64,000 nucleotides of DNA from an uncultured Gammaproteobacteria bacterium (GCA_943789445.1 CALSUC010000002.1:12256-76255), one strand, 5' to 3'. Shown: positions 21,490 to 32,037, counted from the stretch's first letter. The notes: generated by a model not told the origin, from the letters alone. Translations and numbers: made by a program.

Positions 21490-24400
21490 CTAGTTGTTTC
21501 TACGCAGCGTGCGACGCCAATCAAACTGCAATAGGCTTGGGATTAAGATCAGTGTAAAGAGTGTACTGACAATCATGCCACCGACAATCACTGCGGCCAA
21601 ACCGCGATAGAGCTCAGAGCCAGCGCCAGCAAATAAGACTAAAGGCAGCATGCCAAAGACAGTAGTCGTAGTGCTCATTAAGATAGGGCGTAAACGGGTA
21701 CGCACGGCTGTGCGCACAGCATCTAGGCGATTAGCACCGGCACGTTCTGCATTGCGTGCTTGGTAGACTAATAAGATCGCATTGTTTACCACTAGACCTA
21801 ATAAAATAATGAAGCCGATCATGGTTAAGAGGTCGGCTGATAACCCAAGGATGTGTAATGCTGCAACGCCACCAATGGTCGCTAAAGGTAATGCCATCAT
21901 TACTAGTAGGCTGTCTGTGAACGAGCGGAATAGCGCGGCCATCAGTAGTAATAAGATAATCAATGCGATGGTGAAGCTACCACTGAGGTTCTTGATCGCT
22001 ATGCTCAGGCTATCGGCTGAGCCACCATAGAGGATCACACCATCAGCGGGTAATAGTGGTTCTAATAAGGGTTCTATCTCTGATTTAATAATAGTGATGG
22101 CCTGTTCTAATGGGACATCTTCCGGTGGCGTGACCTCTAGTGTCACGGTGCGTCGTCGATCTAGGCGGCGGATCTGACTGGCGCCAGCGGTGCGTTCGAT
22201 GCTGGCTAATTCGGCAAAGGGTACAACACTACCGTTAGCCGTCGATAGTGGGATGGCGGCAATTTCTTCAGGCGTGTGCCACTGTGGAATTTTCAGGATA
22301 ACGTCTAGGCGTTCTTCACCATCGAAATACTCACCAACCTTGAGGCCATCACCTAAGACCTGCGTGACCTTAGCCAATGTTTGTCGGTTCCAGCCAGCTT
22401 CTTGCAGACGGTCATCATGTGGCTTGAATTGTAATTCAGGCTCGGCTAACTCCAAGCCAGGGCGTGGCCGCACTCTGGCGCCAGGTATCTTTTGTGGAAT
22501 GGCGGTAAAACCTACCCGTGCGGCCTCGAGTAAGGCGTCAATATTGCGCCCTTGAATGTTGATCTCAATCTCACGATTGGCACCAAAGCCTGAGAATAAA
22601 GAGGCCTTGCGCACGACTGCAAAGGTATCAGGAAAACCACTGACCGCCTGACTTAATACCTTGACCAGTTCATCGACTTTATTCGGGTCTTCTGCCCGGC
22701 CACCGATAAAGATCGAGCCAGAGCGTGCAACAAAAAAGTATTGTTTAATCTTTGGCTCTTTCTCGCCAGTCATATAAGGCTGGATGCGATCAGCAATGAT
22801 GTCGCCCATCTCATCTTTAATATGATTAATATTGACACCCGGTGGCGGCAGGATGAAGCCAAAGGCAAGATTGCGATTGCCGGTAGGGAGGTAATCGCGC
22901 TCAGGGAAAAACTGCCATGAGCTGGCTATCGGTATGATGATTAAGCCAGCGACTAAGGCGATGCGTAGTTTCGGTGAGCGCGTCAGATTGACTATTTTAT
23001 TACTTGCTGAATCCCATTTTGTGGCGAGGTGGTCTTCAAATTTTGCTCGACGTAACCAGACCATGCTGGCGGCTGGAATCAAGATAGTGGCAACCAACAT
23101 AGAGGCGATGATAGCGGCAGTAATCGCAATCGCTAAATCAGAAAACAGTTGGCCACTTTGATCACGTAAAAACAGGATCGGTAAGAAGATCGCGACTGTG
23201 GTTGCGGTGGAAGCGAGTAAGGCCGGCCAGACTTCTTGCGTGCCTTTTAAGGCGGCATCAAAACCCGAGTAACCTTTTTCACGTAATCGTACAATGTTCT
23301 CCAGTACGATGATCGCGGCATCCATTACCATGCCGACGGCAAAGGCGAGGCCGGCAAGTGAAACGACATTGATCGATTTACCGACGCCTAAGATGACTAC
23401 AAAGGCGATGCAAAGACACAGAGGGATGGTGATGGTGACAACCAGAGTGGCACGGAAGTGACGTAAGAAAAACCAGAGTATGACGACCGCTAGTAAAATG
23501 CCGATACCGAGATTGCCACGTAGTAATTCAATCGCGCTATGGATGTAAACCGTTTCGTCATAGACCTGTTCAATGCTGAGCTCAGCGCGTTTTAATGGGC
23601 CCTGACGTAGCTCGTTCATGGCGAGATCTAAATCGCGCATCACATCTAAAACGTTAACACCATTTTCGCGATAGGCATTGACCGCAATGGCGGCTTTACC
23701 CCGGGTGATGACGAAATTATCGCGTTTGGCATTGCGCACTTCTACCGTTGCGATATCGCGTAGGTAGATAGGCTTGCCATCACGCCATTCTAAGATCAGG
23801 TTTTGTAGGTCCTGTGGTGAGAGACCGCCAATATAACGCAGTGTGTATCGGCGCTTGCCGACATCGGCACTGCCGCCAGAAACATCATCATTGCCACCAA
23901 CTAGCTGTACCGTCTTGCTTAGATCAACACCTTTGCCTGCGGCTAGGTAGGGGTCGACAGTGATGCGAATCTGTTGTTGGTTGCCACCGCGTATCTCAGA
24001 CATGGCGACACCGGGTACCCGTTCAAAACGTGACTGAATGACTTCTTCTACGTAGTCGCGGTAGTCCTCAATATCATTTTCATTTTCGGCCGTGGGCTTA
24101 ATAATGAACCAAGCAATCGGACGACTACGGCCACCGGCGGTACTGAGGATCGGCTCGTCGGCGTCATCGGGGTAGCTGGAGACGCGGTTTAAGCGGTTGA
24201 TGACCTCAATCAGCCCACGCTGTAAATCAAAGTCGACATCAAAGGCGATGGATATTTTGCCTTGGCCCTGACGTGCCTCAGAGAGTAGCTCGGTCATGCC
24301 GGGCAGGCCACGCAGTTGTTGTTCCTGCGGCTCTATGATTTCTGATTCAACTTCTTCGGGTGCCGCTGCACGCCAATTGGTTTTGATGGTGATCTCTGGG

Positions 24401-24525
24401 CGTTCCACCTCAGGGGTGAGTTGTACCGGTAGCTTGTCTAAGGCGAGTAGGCCAAAGAGGATCACCAGTAGGCCGGCTACTAGGCCAGCGGTGGGGTTGC
24501 TTAAGGCGCCGCGAGTGAGACTCAT
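21490..24525 (-). CDS. RND family efflux permease (AcrB/HAE-type, 1011 aa).
   Basis: 12-TM RND topology with large periplasmic loops. It is translationally adjacent to the membrane fusion protein (MFP) upstream. Confidence 0.9.
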   Translation of the reverse strand: MSLTRGALSNPTAGLVAGLLVILFGLLALDKLPVQLTPEVERPEITIKTNWRAAAPEEVESEIIEPQEQQLRGLPGMTELLSEARQGQGKISIAFDVDFDLQRGLIEVINRLNRVSSYPDDADEPILSTAGGRSRPIAWFIIKPTAENENDIEDYRDYVEEVIQSRFERVPGVAMSEIRGGNQQQIRITVDPYLAAGKGVDLSKTVQLVGGNDDVSGGSADVGKRRYTLRYIGGLSPQDLQNLILEWRDGKPIYLRDIATVEVRNAKRDNFVITRGKAAIAVNAYRENGVNVLDVMRDLDLAMNELRQGPLKRAELSIEQVYDETVYIHSAIELLRGNLGIGILLAVVILWFFLRHFRATLVVTITIPLCLCIAFVVILGVGKSINVVSLAGLAFAVGMVMDAAIIVLENIVRLREKGYSGFDAALKGTQEVWPALLASTATTVAIFLPILFLRDQSGQLFSDLAIAITAAIIASMLVATILIPAASMVWLRRAKFEDHLATKWDSASNKIVNLTRSPKLRIALVAGLIIIPIASSWQFFPERDYLPTGNRNLAFGFILPPPGVNINHIKDEMGDIIADRIQPYMTGEKEPKIKQYFFVARSGSIFIGGRAEDPNKVDELVKVLSQAVSGFPDTFAVVRKASLFSGFGANREIEINIQGRNIDALLEAARVGFTAIPQKIPGARVRPRPGLELAEPELQFKPHDDRLQEAGWNRQTLAKVTQVLGDGLKVGEYFDGEERLDVILKIPQWHTPEEIAAIPLSTANGSVVPFAELASIERTAGASQIRRLDRRRTVTLEVTPPEDVPLEQAITIIKSEIEPLLEPLLPADGVILYGGSADSLSIAIKNLSGSFTIALIILLLLMAALFRSFTDSLLVMMALPLATIGGVAALHILGLSADLLTMIGFIILLGLVVNNAILLVYQARNAERAGANRLDAVRTAVRTRLRPILMSTTTTVFGMLPLVLFAGAGSELYRGLAAVIVGGMIVSTLFTLILIPSLLQFDWRRTLRRNN

Positions 24526-24531
24526 GTTGTT

Positions 24532-25587
24532 TTATTTGTTCGCTTTGAAGACAGTACTAGTGACGCTAGTGCCTGCGCGCAAGCGTTCGCCACCGCGTAC
24601 AACAATGGCGTCGCCAGCAGCGATATCACCAATCGCTTCAATGTAGTCGCCATCACCCATGCCGATCTCTATAACGACCTGTTCGGCAATATTATCGGCA
24701 TTGACTTTAAACACCGTGGTGCTGCCTTTGCGTAGTACTAAGGCGTCACGGTGTATTGAGACAACATTACGTGCCGCTGTAAAAGGCAGTCTGACACGAA
24801 CCAATGTACCTGGTGCAATGGCCTTTTCTGGGGTTAAGCGTACTTCAAATAGACGTGAGCTATTGATGCTGGCTGGTACGATTGAATGCACAATTGCACT
24901 GCTGGATTGTTGGTTTAGCAAGACTTCGAGCTGGCTGTTGATCTGGATTAGACCGATCATCTGCGCTGCGATATAGACTTGGATTTCATTACTGTTTAGG
25001 TCGACAAAACGTACCACGGTATCGCCTGTCTTTAGCCATTCACCTATTTGAACCGTGCGTTCTGTTACTACACCGTCGTAGGGTGCAATGATCTTGGAGC
25101 GTTTAATACGCTCTTCAATTTGCATTAAACGGGCTTGAGCAGCACGCATATCACTTTGTGCGATCTGCAGGGAGGTCTGTGTTTGATCTAGTTGGTCGCG
25201 TGCCACACTGTTCGATTTGAGTAGCGCTTGATAACGCCGCACCTGTTTTTTAAATAGTGCGACACTGGCTTGCTCACTGGCGACGGTGGCTAGCTGTTCT
25301 TCTCTTTGTTGTTGTAAGAAGACGTCATCCAGAGTGGCAATGGCTTGGCCTTTTTTTAGCGCAGTGCCGACTTCAACAATAGCGGTTAGGCGGCCTTCAA
25401 TTTCGGCGGCTATGCGAATGTCATTCTTGCTCAGGCTGATACCGGTATAAAGTACGGTAGGCGCTAATTGACGGATCTCGGCGGTATCGACAACCACTGG
25501 CTTGCTGCGACCCGCGGCGAAGCTGAGATTGCTACAAATTAGGAGCGCGCTAACAAGCGTCGTGAGAATGATCTTCATGGTAATCAA
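24532..25587 (-). CDS. RND efflux membrane fusion (periplasmic adaptor) protein.
   Basis: Has a signal/TM anchor, coiled-coil hairpin and beta-barrel domains. It lies 7 bp upstream of the RND gene. Confidence 0.85.
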   Translation of the reverse strand: MITMKIILTTLVSALLICSNLSFAAGRSKPVVVDTAEIRQLAPTVLYTGISLSKNDIRIAAEIEGRLTAIVEVGTALKKGQAIATLDDVFLQQQREEQLATVASEQASVALFKKQVRRYQALLKSNSVARDQLDQTQTSLQIAQSDMRAAQARLMQIEERIKRSKIIAPYDGVVTERTVQIGEWLKTGDTVVRFVDLNSNEIQVYIAAQMIGLIQINSQLEVLLNQQSSSAIVHSIVPASINSSRLFEVRLTPEKAIAPGTLVRVRLPFTAARNVVSIHRDALVLRKGSTTVFKVNADNIAEQVVIEIGMGDGDYIEAIGDIAAGDAIVVRGGERLRAGTSVTSTVFKANK

Positions 25588-25658
25588 CGGTTAGTTCCTT
25601 CGATCTGAACAATATCATACAACCGACTTTGTCTTATATAACAAGATGGTTCAGGAAG

Positions 25659-25708
25659 GGCCTAAACCCAGTGCTCGTACTGTCGCACTAAGGCAGGAAT
25701 TTTAGGCC
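25659..25708 (-). terminator. Nested hairpin immediately after the radical SAM gene stop (ggcctaaa...tttaggcc with an inner agtgc/gcact stem). It is a possible terminator or processing structure with no clear U-run.
   Basis: An 8-bp perfect inverted repeat plus an inner 5-bp stem. It is located between the rSAM stop (25715) and the MFP start. Confidence 0.3.
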
Positions 25709-25714
25709 TATGAG

Positions 25715-26680
25715 TTAATCTTCACTAAGTGCACCAGAACAACTACTGCCCTGACCCGCAGTGCAGCCATAACAGTGTTGTCCAATCATAATTTCGGCAT
25801 TATCTAGACTGTTTTCTAATAGCATAGATAGATGCTTTTTCGATTGATCGGGGTTTTCTAGGGGCATCTCTAGCATCTGATTGAAGTCGCAGTCATATAA
25901 GTAGCCCTGCCAATCAACACTGATGGTGTCACGGCACATGACGTTGTCGATATTATCGATTTGGTGGGCATTTTTTAGCGTATCTAGATAACTATGAAAG
26001 TTACCCTTAGCCGCCAAGGTGCTGCCAAAACGCTTGATAGGCATGTTGGTGATGACAAATAACTGATTGAATTTTATAGAGAATCTTTCATCTAGCTGGG
26101 TTTTGTAATCCATTTCTAGGGCCGCTTGTGGTGGCGGTAATACGGCACCAATGGGGTTATACACTAGATGCAGGCGACGCTCGTTGTCGATGGCATAACC
26201 TAGGCTATTGAGTAGTTTAAGTGCCTCGATACTCTTGCTAAAAACACCTTTGCCACGCTGTAGGTCAACATTCAGCTCTGAGTAGCAGGGCAATGAGGCA
26301 ACCACCTCTACCTGTTGCTCGGCTAGAAATTCAGCAAGACCTTCTTCCCCTGGCTCAAATAGCACGGTGAGATTGCAGCGATCACGCACATTCAGCCCAG
26401 CCTGTCGGGCATGACGCACTAAGGCGCGAAATTGTGGGTGTAGCTCGGGTGCACCACCGGTTAGATCTAATAGTTTAAAGCGGCCGGAGGCGATCACCTT
26501 AAATAAGATCGCCATATTCTCATCATCCATCATCTCGGTACGTGTGGGACCGGCGTTGACGTGGCAGTGAACACAGCTTTGATTGCAACGATAACCCAGA
26601 TTGACCTGCAAAGTATCACTGGATTGTCTGCGGATTTGGGGGAAATCGCTGGGGAATAATAGGGGTTTAGTTTCGCGCAT
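25715..26680 (-). CDS. Radical SAM/Cys-rich domain protein of the ArsS family (TIGR04167-like, 'arsenosugar biosynthesis radical SAM protein'-type).
   Basis: N-terminal CNQSCVHCHV (a CxxxCxxC radical SAM cluster motif) and a C-terminal Cys-rich tail (C..C..HCYGCTAGQGSSCSG) typical of DUF3641. Confidence 0.75.
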   Translation of the reverse strand: MRETKPLLFPSDFPQIRRQSSDTLQVNLGYRCNQSCVHCHVNAGPTRTEMMDDENMAILFKVIASGRFKLLDLTGGAPELHPQFRALVRHARQAGLNVRDRCNLTVLFEPGEEGLAEFLAEQQVEVVASLPCYSELNVDLQRGKGVFSKSIEALKLLNSLGYAIDNERRLHLVYNPIGAVLPPPQAALEMDYKTQLDERFSIKFNQLFVITNMPIKRFGSTLAAKGNFHSYLDTLKNAHQIDNIDNVMCRDTISVDWQGYLYDCDFNQMLEMPLENPDQSKKHLSMLLENSLDNAEIMIGQHCYGCTAGQGSSCSGALSED

Positions 26681-26699
26681 AAGTTACGTTACTAGATCA

Positions 26700-28826
26700 C
26701 TAGCCTAAGCGCCATGCTTGATAGCGTTGTAGTAATTGTTTGGCTCGGTCGCTAAAGCGTTCGCGTCGCCATTTTCCAGCAACAAAGCGATTGATTTCAC
26801 TGCGACTTGGGTAGAGGTGGATGCTTTGTAGAATCTTGTTCAAACCTAGGCCGTGGGTTCTAGCGAGGACAAATTCATGGATCAGTTCGCTGGCGCCTTC
26901 TGACACTATCTGTACACCTAGTATCTTGTCGCTGTTAACTGGTGTTAAGACCTTAATAAAGCCTGAATCGTGCTCATCGGTGATGGCACGATCAATCTCA
27001 TCCATATCAAAGCGCGTAACCGTATAATCGATTTTTTGTTGTTTGGCGGCTTCTTCATTCAGGCCTAAGGAGGCTATCTCTGGATCGGTAAAGATCGCCA
27101 GCGGTACGTGATCTAGGCTGCAGCGAAAGCGCTTAAACGGGGCGAAGCTGGCGTTGGCTGCAGCGTACCAGCCTTGATGTGCAGCGACATGGGTGTAATT
27201 AAGTGGGCTGGTGACATCACCACAGGCATAGACATTATTAAAGCGTGTCTGTAGATAGTTGTTGCTGACTAGGCGTCCCTGTTCATTAGTTTCTAGGGCT
27301 AGGGCTTCTAGGCCAGTCAGGTTGGCTTGTCGCCCTACGGCTACTAGTAGGTGGCTGAACTCGACCTGTAGGCTGTTGCCATATTGTTCACCAATAAGGC
27401 GTGAACCTGCATCTGTTGTTTCATAACGCAGGCTTTTAAAGCCTGGGAACAGTTTCACACCATCGGCGATTAAGGCTTGTTCTACCACTGCTGCGAGTTC
27501 GGGGTCTTCACGGTTTAAGATATGCTCAGATGGAAAAATCATGCTGACTTCTGCACCTAGGCGTTGAAAAGCCTGCGCCAGTTCACAGCCTATCGGGCCA
27601 GCACCGATGATTAATAGCTGTTGCGGTAATGTCTGTAATGACCAAATATTATCGCTGGTGTAATAGTTGATCTCGCTGATGCCAGGTAAATCTAAGGTGT
27701 TGGGGCGTGCGCCAGTGGCGATGGTAATGTTGCGGGTATTGAGTACCTTGCCATTGACCTCAACCTGCCAAGGTGAGATGACTTTGGCCTGACCTTGGAT
27801 GCAATCGACTCCTAGTTCACGGTAGCGTTGGCGTGAGTCTTTTGGTGCGATGCGGGCGATTTTATTCATGATGCGTTGTCTAACATCACCAAACTGTAGC
27901 TGGTAGTCGACTTGGGCTACGCCATAGTGCTGCGCTTGATTCAAGCTATGTACGTATTTCGCACTGCGTAAGATCGATTTTGACGGTACACAGCCAGTAT
28001 TTAAGCAATCACCACCCATATCGGAGGCTTCAATTAAGGCAACTTTGGCTTGTAGCGTGGCACTGCTATAAGCGGCGACTAGGCCGCCGGCACCACCACC
28101 GATGACGATGTTGTGATAGTCAAACTGCTTGGGTCGTTGAAAACCTCGATAGGCCCTACGCTGGCGCAGGATCTGCATAAATTTGTTGGCGGTTAGTGGG
28201 AACAGGCCTAGTAATAAGAAACTAAGAATCAGCTTCAGCGAGAGGATATCCTGAGCTGATCGGATGCTAGCCAGCTGCACACCGGCATTTACATAGACCA
28301 TGGTCGCTGGCAGCATGCCGAGCTGGCTGACCCAATAATAAGTGCTTAGACGTATTGGCGTCATTGCGGTGACGACATTGACCAGGCCAAACGGGAACAG
28401 TGGGACCATGCGTAAGAAGAACAGATATAAGGCACCTTCTTCTTCAACCTTTTGATTAATCTTTTTTAAGGTCTCGGCATAGCGTGTTTGGATCCAGTCA
28501 CGGGCGATATAACGAGCGATCAAGAAGGCTAGACTAGCGCCAATAGTGGAGGCGAAGGAGACAATAAACAGGCCTTTGCTAAAGCCAAATATGGCACCTG
28601 CAGCTAGCGTCATGATGGCCGCCATCGGTAGGGAGAACGCCGTCACGATGACATAGAATGCAAAAAACAGGCTAGCAAATTGCACAGGCTGGTCGTGAAA
28701 TGCCTGCGCCAGTTCACTTTGCCGATCTTGCAGACCAGCGAGACTCCAATCAATGTTGGATGCTGAGAGTAAAATGAAGGTAAAGCAAGAGATAGCTGCA
28801 ATCAGTAAAAGAGCTTTTTTCATCAT
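26700..28826 (-). CDS. Bifunctional TVP38/TMEM64 (DedA-like) membrane domain fused to a class-I pyridine nucleotide-disulfide oxidoreductase (mercuric reductase/dihydrolipoamide dehydrogenase-like).
   Basis: The N-terminal ~220 aa are polytopic membrane. Then come a GGGAGG FAD motif, the redox-active disulfide GGDCLNTGCVPSK, a second GAGPIG NAD motif and a C-terminal dimerisation domain. It lies 19 bp upstream of the rSAM gene on the same strand. Confidence 0.8.
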   Translation of the reverse strand: MMKKALLLIAAISCFTFILLSASNIDWSLAGLQDRQSELAQAFHDQPVQFASLFFAFYVIVTAFSLPMAAIMTLAAGAIFGFSKGLFIVSFASTIGASLAFLIARYIARDWIQTRYAETLKKINQKVEEEGALYLFFLRMVPLFPFGLVNVVTAMTPIRLSTYYWVSQLGMLPATMVYVNAGVQLASIRSAQDILSLKLILSFLLLGLFPLTANKFMQILRQRRAYRGFQRPKQFDYHNIVIGGGAGGLVAAYSSATLQAKVALIEASDMGGDCLNTGCVPSKSILRSAKYVHSLNQAQHYGVAQVDYQLQFGDVRQRIMNKIARIAPKDSRQRYRELGVDCIQGQAKVISPWQVEVNGKVLNTRNITIATGARPNTLDLPGISEINYYTSDNIWSLQTLPQQLLIIGAGPIGCELAQAFQRLGAEVSMIFPSEHILNREDPELAAVVEQALIADGVKLFPGFKSLRYETTDAGSRLIGEQYGNSLQVEFSHLLVAVGRQANLTGLEALALETNEQGRLVSNNYLQTRFNNVYACGDVTSPLNYTHVAAHQGWYAAANASFAPFKRFRCSLDHVPLAIFTDPEIASLGLNEEAAKQQKIDYTVTRFDMDEIDRAITDEHDSGFIKVLTPVNSDKILGVQIVSEGASELIHEFVLARTHGLGLNKILQSIHLYPSRSEINRFVAGKWRRERFSDRAKQLLQRYQAWRLG

Positions 28827-28902
28827 AGGCTTCCACGGGGTCAGAGGTATCGGATGAGGCTTTAAATTACCGCAATGCTTACATCCACGTGAACTAGGAT
28901 GT

Positions 28903-29835
28903 ATGATTTTGCCTTTATTATCCAGTCATGCAGTGAGTCATATGCGTTTAATTAGTTATCATTTTCAAGGAAAAGTTCAGCTTGCAGTTGAACTGGGTCA
29001 AAAAGTATTTTTACCACTACTAGATAGCCGCTGGGATCAGAGGATTGATTCTATGTTGGCGTTGATCGATGCTGGTGATGCTGCATTGGCACAGTTGAAA
29101 ATACTAGCTGCTGAGCCTGAAGCTGCCAGTCTATGTGCATTTGCCCCAGAACAGCTTAGCTCACCGATCCCACGACCACGACAAAACGTGATGTGCCTAG
29201 GCCTGAATTACAAGGATCATGTGGCGGAAACTAATACGGATCCAACACAGGAGGTCAAATTACCACGCTCACCGATTGTCTTTACTAAGGCGGCCAATAG
29301 TATGAATGGGCCTTATAGTGATATCGCAATTGATACAGCTATCTCAGCGAAGATGGACTGGGAGTCTGAGCTGGCGGTGATTATTGGTAAGGGTGGCATC
29401 GGTATTAGAGAAGAAGATGCGATGCAGCATGTCTTTGGTTACAGTGTATTGAATGATGTCACTGCCAGAGATCGCCAAAAATGGCATAAACAGTTTTTTA
29501 TCGGTAAGAGTTATGCTGGTTGTTGCCCGATGGGGCCGGCTATTGTGACCGCCGATGAGATTGCTGATCCACATGACTTGGCTATTCGTAGTTGGGTTAA
29601 TGGTGATCTCAAACAAGAATCGAATACCTGTCACCAAATCTTCAGTATCGCGAATGTTATTGCAGTTTTGTCACAGGGTATGCAGTTAGAAGCAGGTGAT
29701 ATCATTGCTACCGGGACGCCAGAGGGTGTTGGCTATGCCCGTACACCGCCAGAGTATTTAATGCCTGGTGACGTGGTTGAATGCGAAGTAGAAGGGATTG
29801 GCAAGATCGCAAACCGCATAACGCAAAGAACGTAA
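28903..29835 (+). CDS. Fumarylacetoacetate hydrolase (FAH) family protein. The start may instead be the Met at 28942.
   Basis: C-terminal FAH fold motifs (..VFGYSVLNDVTARD.., GKS, GTPEGVG). Confidence 0.7.
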   Translation: MILPLLSSHAVSHMRLISYHFQGKVQLAVELGQKVFLPLLDSRWDQRIDSMLALIDAGDAALAQLKILAAEPEAASLCAFAPEQLSSPIPRPRQNVMCLGLNYKDHVAETNTDPTQEVKLPRSPIVFTKAANSMNGPYSDIAIDTAISAKMDWESELAVIIGKGGIGIREEDAMQHVFGYSVLNDVTARDRQKWHKQFFIGKSYAGCCPMGPAIVTADEIADPHDLAIRSWVNGDLKQESNTCHQIFSIANVIAVLSQGMQLEAGDIIATGTPEGVGYARTPPEYLMPGDVVECEVEGIGKIANRITQRT

Positions 29836-29869
29836 GTTCGGCCATGATCAGCTGATAAATGGCTGAGGG

Positions 29870-31018
29870 GTGTTTGCTATGAACGCTAGTCAATCGTTTC
29901 AATTTCGAGGTGAAGCGGCTGAGTATTTCCGCATTTGGATTGTGAATCTATTCCTCTCCATTGTTACTTTGGGGATTTACTCGGCCTGGGCCAAGGTGCG
30001 TAATAAGCAGTATTTTTACGGTAATACGATGGTTGCCGGTAGTGCCTTTGAATACAGTGCAGACCCAATTATGATCTTGAAGGGTCGATTGTTGGTGGTG
30101 GCTATACTGTTATTGTTTTCTTTTCTTGCTCGTTATTACCCACTCTTAGATCTGCTTTATTCGCCACTGTTTTTATTCATTCTGCCGTGGCTAGTATTGC
30201 GTGGCCTGATGTTTAATGCGCGTTATTCTAGTTATCGTAACCTGCATTTTGCTTTTGTTGGCGGCCTTGGCAAGACTTATGCCGTAGTGCTTGGTCTGGG
30301 TATGATAACGCCCATGTTAATTATACTGGCCTCGTATTCTCTACTGGGGCCAGTGCTCGGTGTTGGGCAGGATGCAGTATCAAGGAGCGGGGTGGTGTTT
30401 ATTTTAGGCACCACGCTACTGTTGTTGTTTATCTGGTGGGTCTTGTCTAGCTATTATTTGCAGCACTATTACGTCAATCATTCTCACTATGGTCGCTTGT
30501 CATTCGCGATGATGGCCTCTCTGAAACAGTTCTTTATATTTTTTAGTATTGCTGCGCTAGGATTCTCGGTCGCATTGATACTATTTCTATCGTTTAAATT
30601 TAGTGTTGATGCAGGTGATTTTGTAATAGATCTTGAGCTGACTTATACGTTAATAGTTGTTTCCATTATGTTGCTTTATCTACGCGCCTATCTGAAGGTG
30701 CGGGTGTTTAATCAAGTGTGGAGTATGACGCGTTTAATGGATGCCGCTGATCAACCGCCAACGCAGCTTATGAGTTTTCACACAGAGCTTAAGGTGAATC
30801 CACTCTTCTTCGTTTATCTGACCAATATCATCGCCTCAGCAATCAGTTTAGGTTTGCTTATCCCATGGGCTAGGGTGCGTTTAGCGCGTTATCAAATTAA
30901 TCGGATGACACTGTTAATGCATGGTGATCTCGATCGTATTATCGCCGATGAGAAAATGAAGGTGGGTAGCTTCGGTGGTGAGATGGGCGATCTCTTGGAT
31001 ATCGATATCGGCTTATGA
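29870..31018 (+). CDS. DUF898 (YjgN-like) inner membrane protein.
   Basis: N-terminal F.F.G...EYFRIWIVN.FL..VTLGIYS.WAKVR motif and a duplicated polytopic architecture. Confidence 0.75.
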   Translation: MFAMNASQSFQFRGEAAEYFRIWIVNLFLSIVTLGIYSAWAKVRNKQYFYGNTMVAGSAFEYSADPIMILKGRLLVVAILLLFSFLARYYPLLDLLYSPLFLFILPWLVLRGLMFNARYSSYRNLHFAFVGGLGKTYAVVLGLGMITPMLIILASYSLLGPVLGVGQDAVSRSGVVFILGTTLLLLFIWWVLSSYYLQHYYVNHSHYGRLSFAMMASLKQFFIFFSIAALGFSVALILFLSFKFSVDAGDFVIDLELTYTLIVVSIMLLYLRAYLKVRVFNQVWSMTRLMDAADQPPTQLMSFHTELKVNPLFFVYLTNIIASAISLGLLIPWARVRLARYQINRMTLLMHGDLDRIIADEKMKVGSFGGEMGDLLDIDIGL

Positions 31019-32037
31019 TGAAGACTTCAGTCAATTATTTTGATGGCCATTCTGCATCAAGTGTCGAGGCCGAACTGCGGCTACAAGAAAATGGTGACTG
31101 CCAATTACTGTCGGATGATTTGCAGTATGATTTTGTTTGGGCCGAGGCTAAGTTAAGCCCAGCATTAGCTAAGACCGCACGTAGTTTAAAGCTACCCAAT
31201 GGTGCCAAATGTGAGATCTCTGATCTTGCAGTATTAGCATGGATGGAGGCGCAGCAAGATGCTAAACAAAAAAGCAGAGGCTTGCTCTATTGGGTAAATT
31301 TGATGGAGTCGCGTTGGCATTTTGTGCTGATAACAGCGGTGCTTGTGATTGTCTTTGCCTTCAGTATGGTCACTTACGGTTTGCCTGCCTTGTCGAAGGG
31401 TGTAGCGCTTGCGTTGCCATTGTCTATCGATCAGCAGTTGTCAGAGGGTGCCAGTAGTTTGCTTGAGAGTAAATTGCTCAAGCCCAGTGAGATTCCACTA
31501 GAACGTCAGCAGGTGATAGCGACTGAATTTACGCGGATTATTAATCAGCTGGATGATGGGCATAGCTTTAGTCTGATTTTTCGTAAGGGCTTGGGTGCGA
31601 ATGCCTTTGCCTTTCCCTCTGGCATTATTCTTGTCACTGATGGTTTGGTGAATTTAGCGCAGACTGATGCCGAGGTCGTTAGTGTGTTGTTGCATGAGAT
31701 GGGCCATGTGGTGAATCGCCATGGACTGCGTCTGTTATTACAGGGTTCGGCATTGACCCTATTGATAACAGTAGTCACTGGAGACTTTAGTGCCAGCACT
31801 GGTTTTATTGCGGCGCTGCCAGTCATGTTATTAGAGCAGGGCTACTCGAGAGATCTTGAGCGTGAGGCAGACGACTTCAGTCTAAACTATATGCAAGCCC
31901 AAGGTTTAAGTACGCAGGCATTTGCCGATATTCTGCAACGCATTAGTGGTGATGATCAAAATTCAGTTTGGCAATACGCGTCTAGCCACCCAACCACGGC
32001 TGAGCGAATCCGTCGATTTCAACAGACAACACCATGA
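31015..32037 (+). CDS. M48 family zinc metallopeptidase with an N-terminal cytoplasmic domain and a TM segment.
   Basis: LLHEMGHVVNRH (HExxH) motif. It overlaps the DUF898 gene by 4 bp (ATGA). Confidence 0.8.
   Translation: MMKTSVNYFDGHSASSVEAELRLQENGDCQLLSDDLQYDFVWAEAKLSPALAKTARSLKLPNGAKCEISDLAVLAWMEAQQDAKQKSRGLLYWVNLMESRWHFVLITAVLVIVFAFSMVTYGLPALSKGVALALPLSIDQQLSEGASSLLESKLLKPSEIPLERQQVIATEFTRIINQLDDGHSFSLIFRKGLGANAFAFPSGIILVTDGLVNLAQTDAEVVSVLLHEMGHVVNRHGLRLLLQGSALTLLITVVTGDFSASTGFIAALPVMLLEQGYSRDLEREADDFSLNYMQAQGLSTQAFADILQRISGDDQNSVWQYASSHPTTAERIRRFQQTTP

Noticed and set aside
21490-25587. The RND transporter plus MFP as the secretion system for the adjacent adhesins.
   Set aside because: The architecture is AcrAB-like (1011-aa 12-TM RND). 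T1SS needs an ABC transporter, which this is not.
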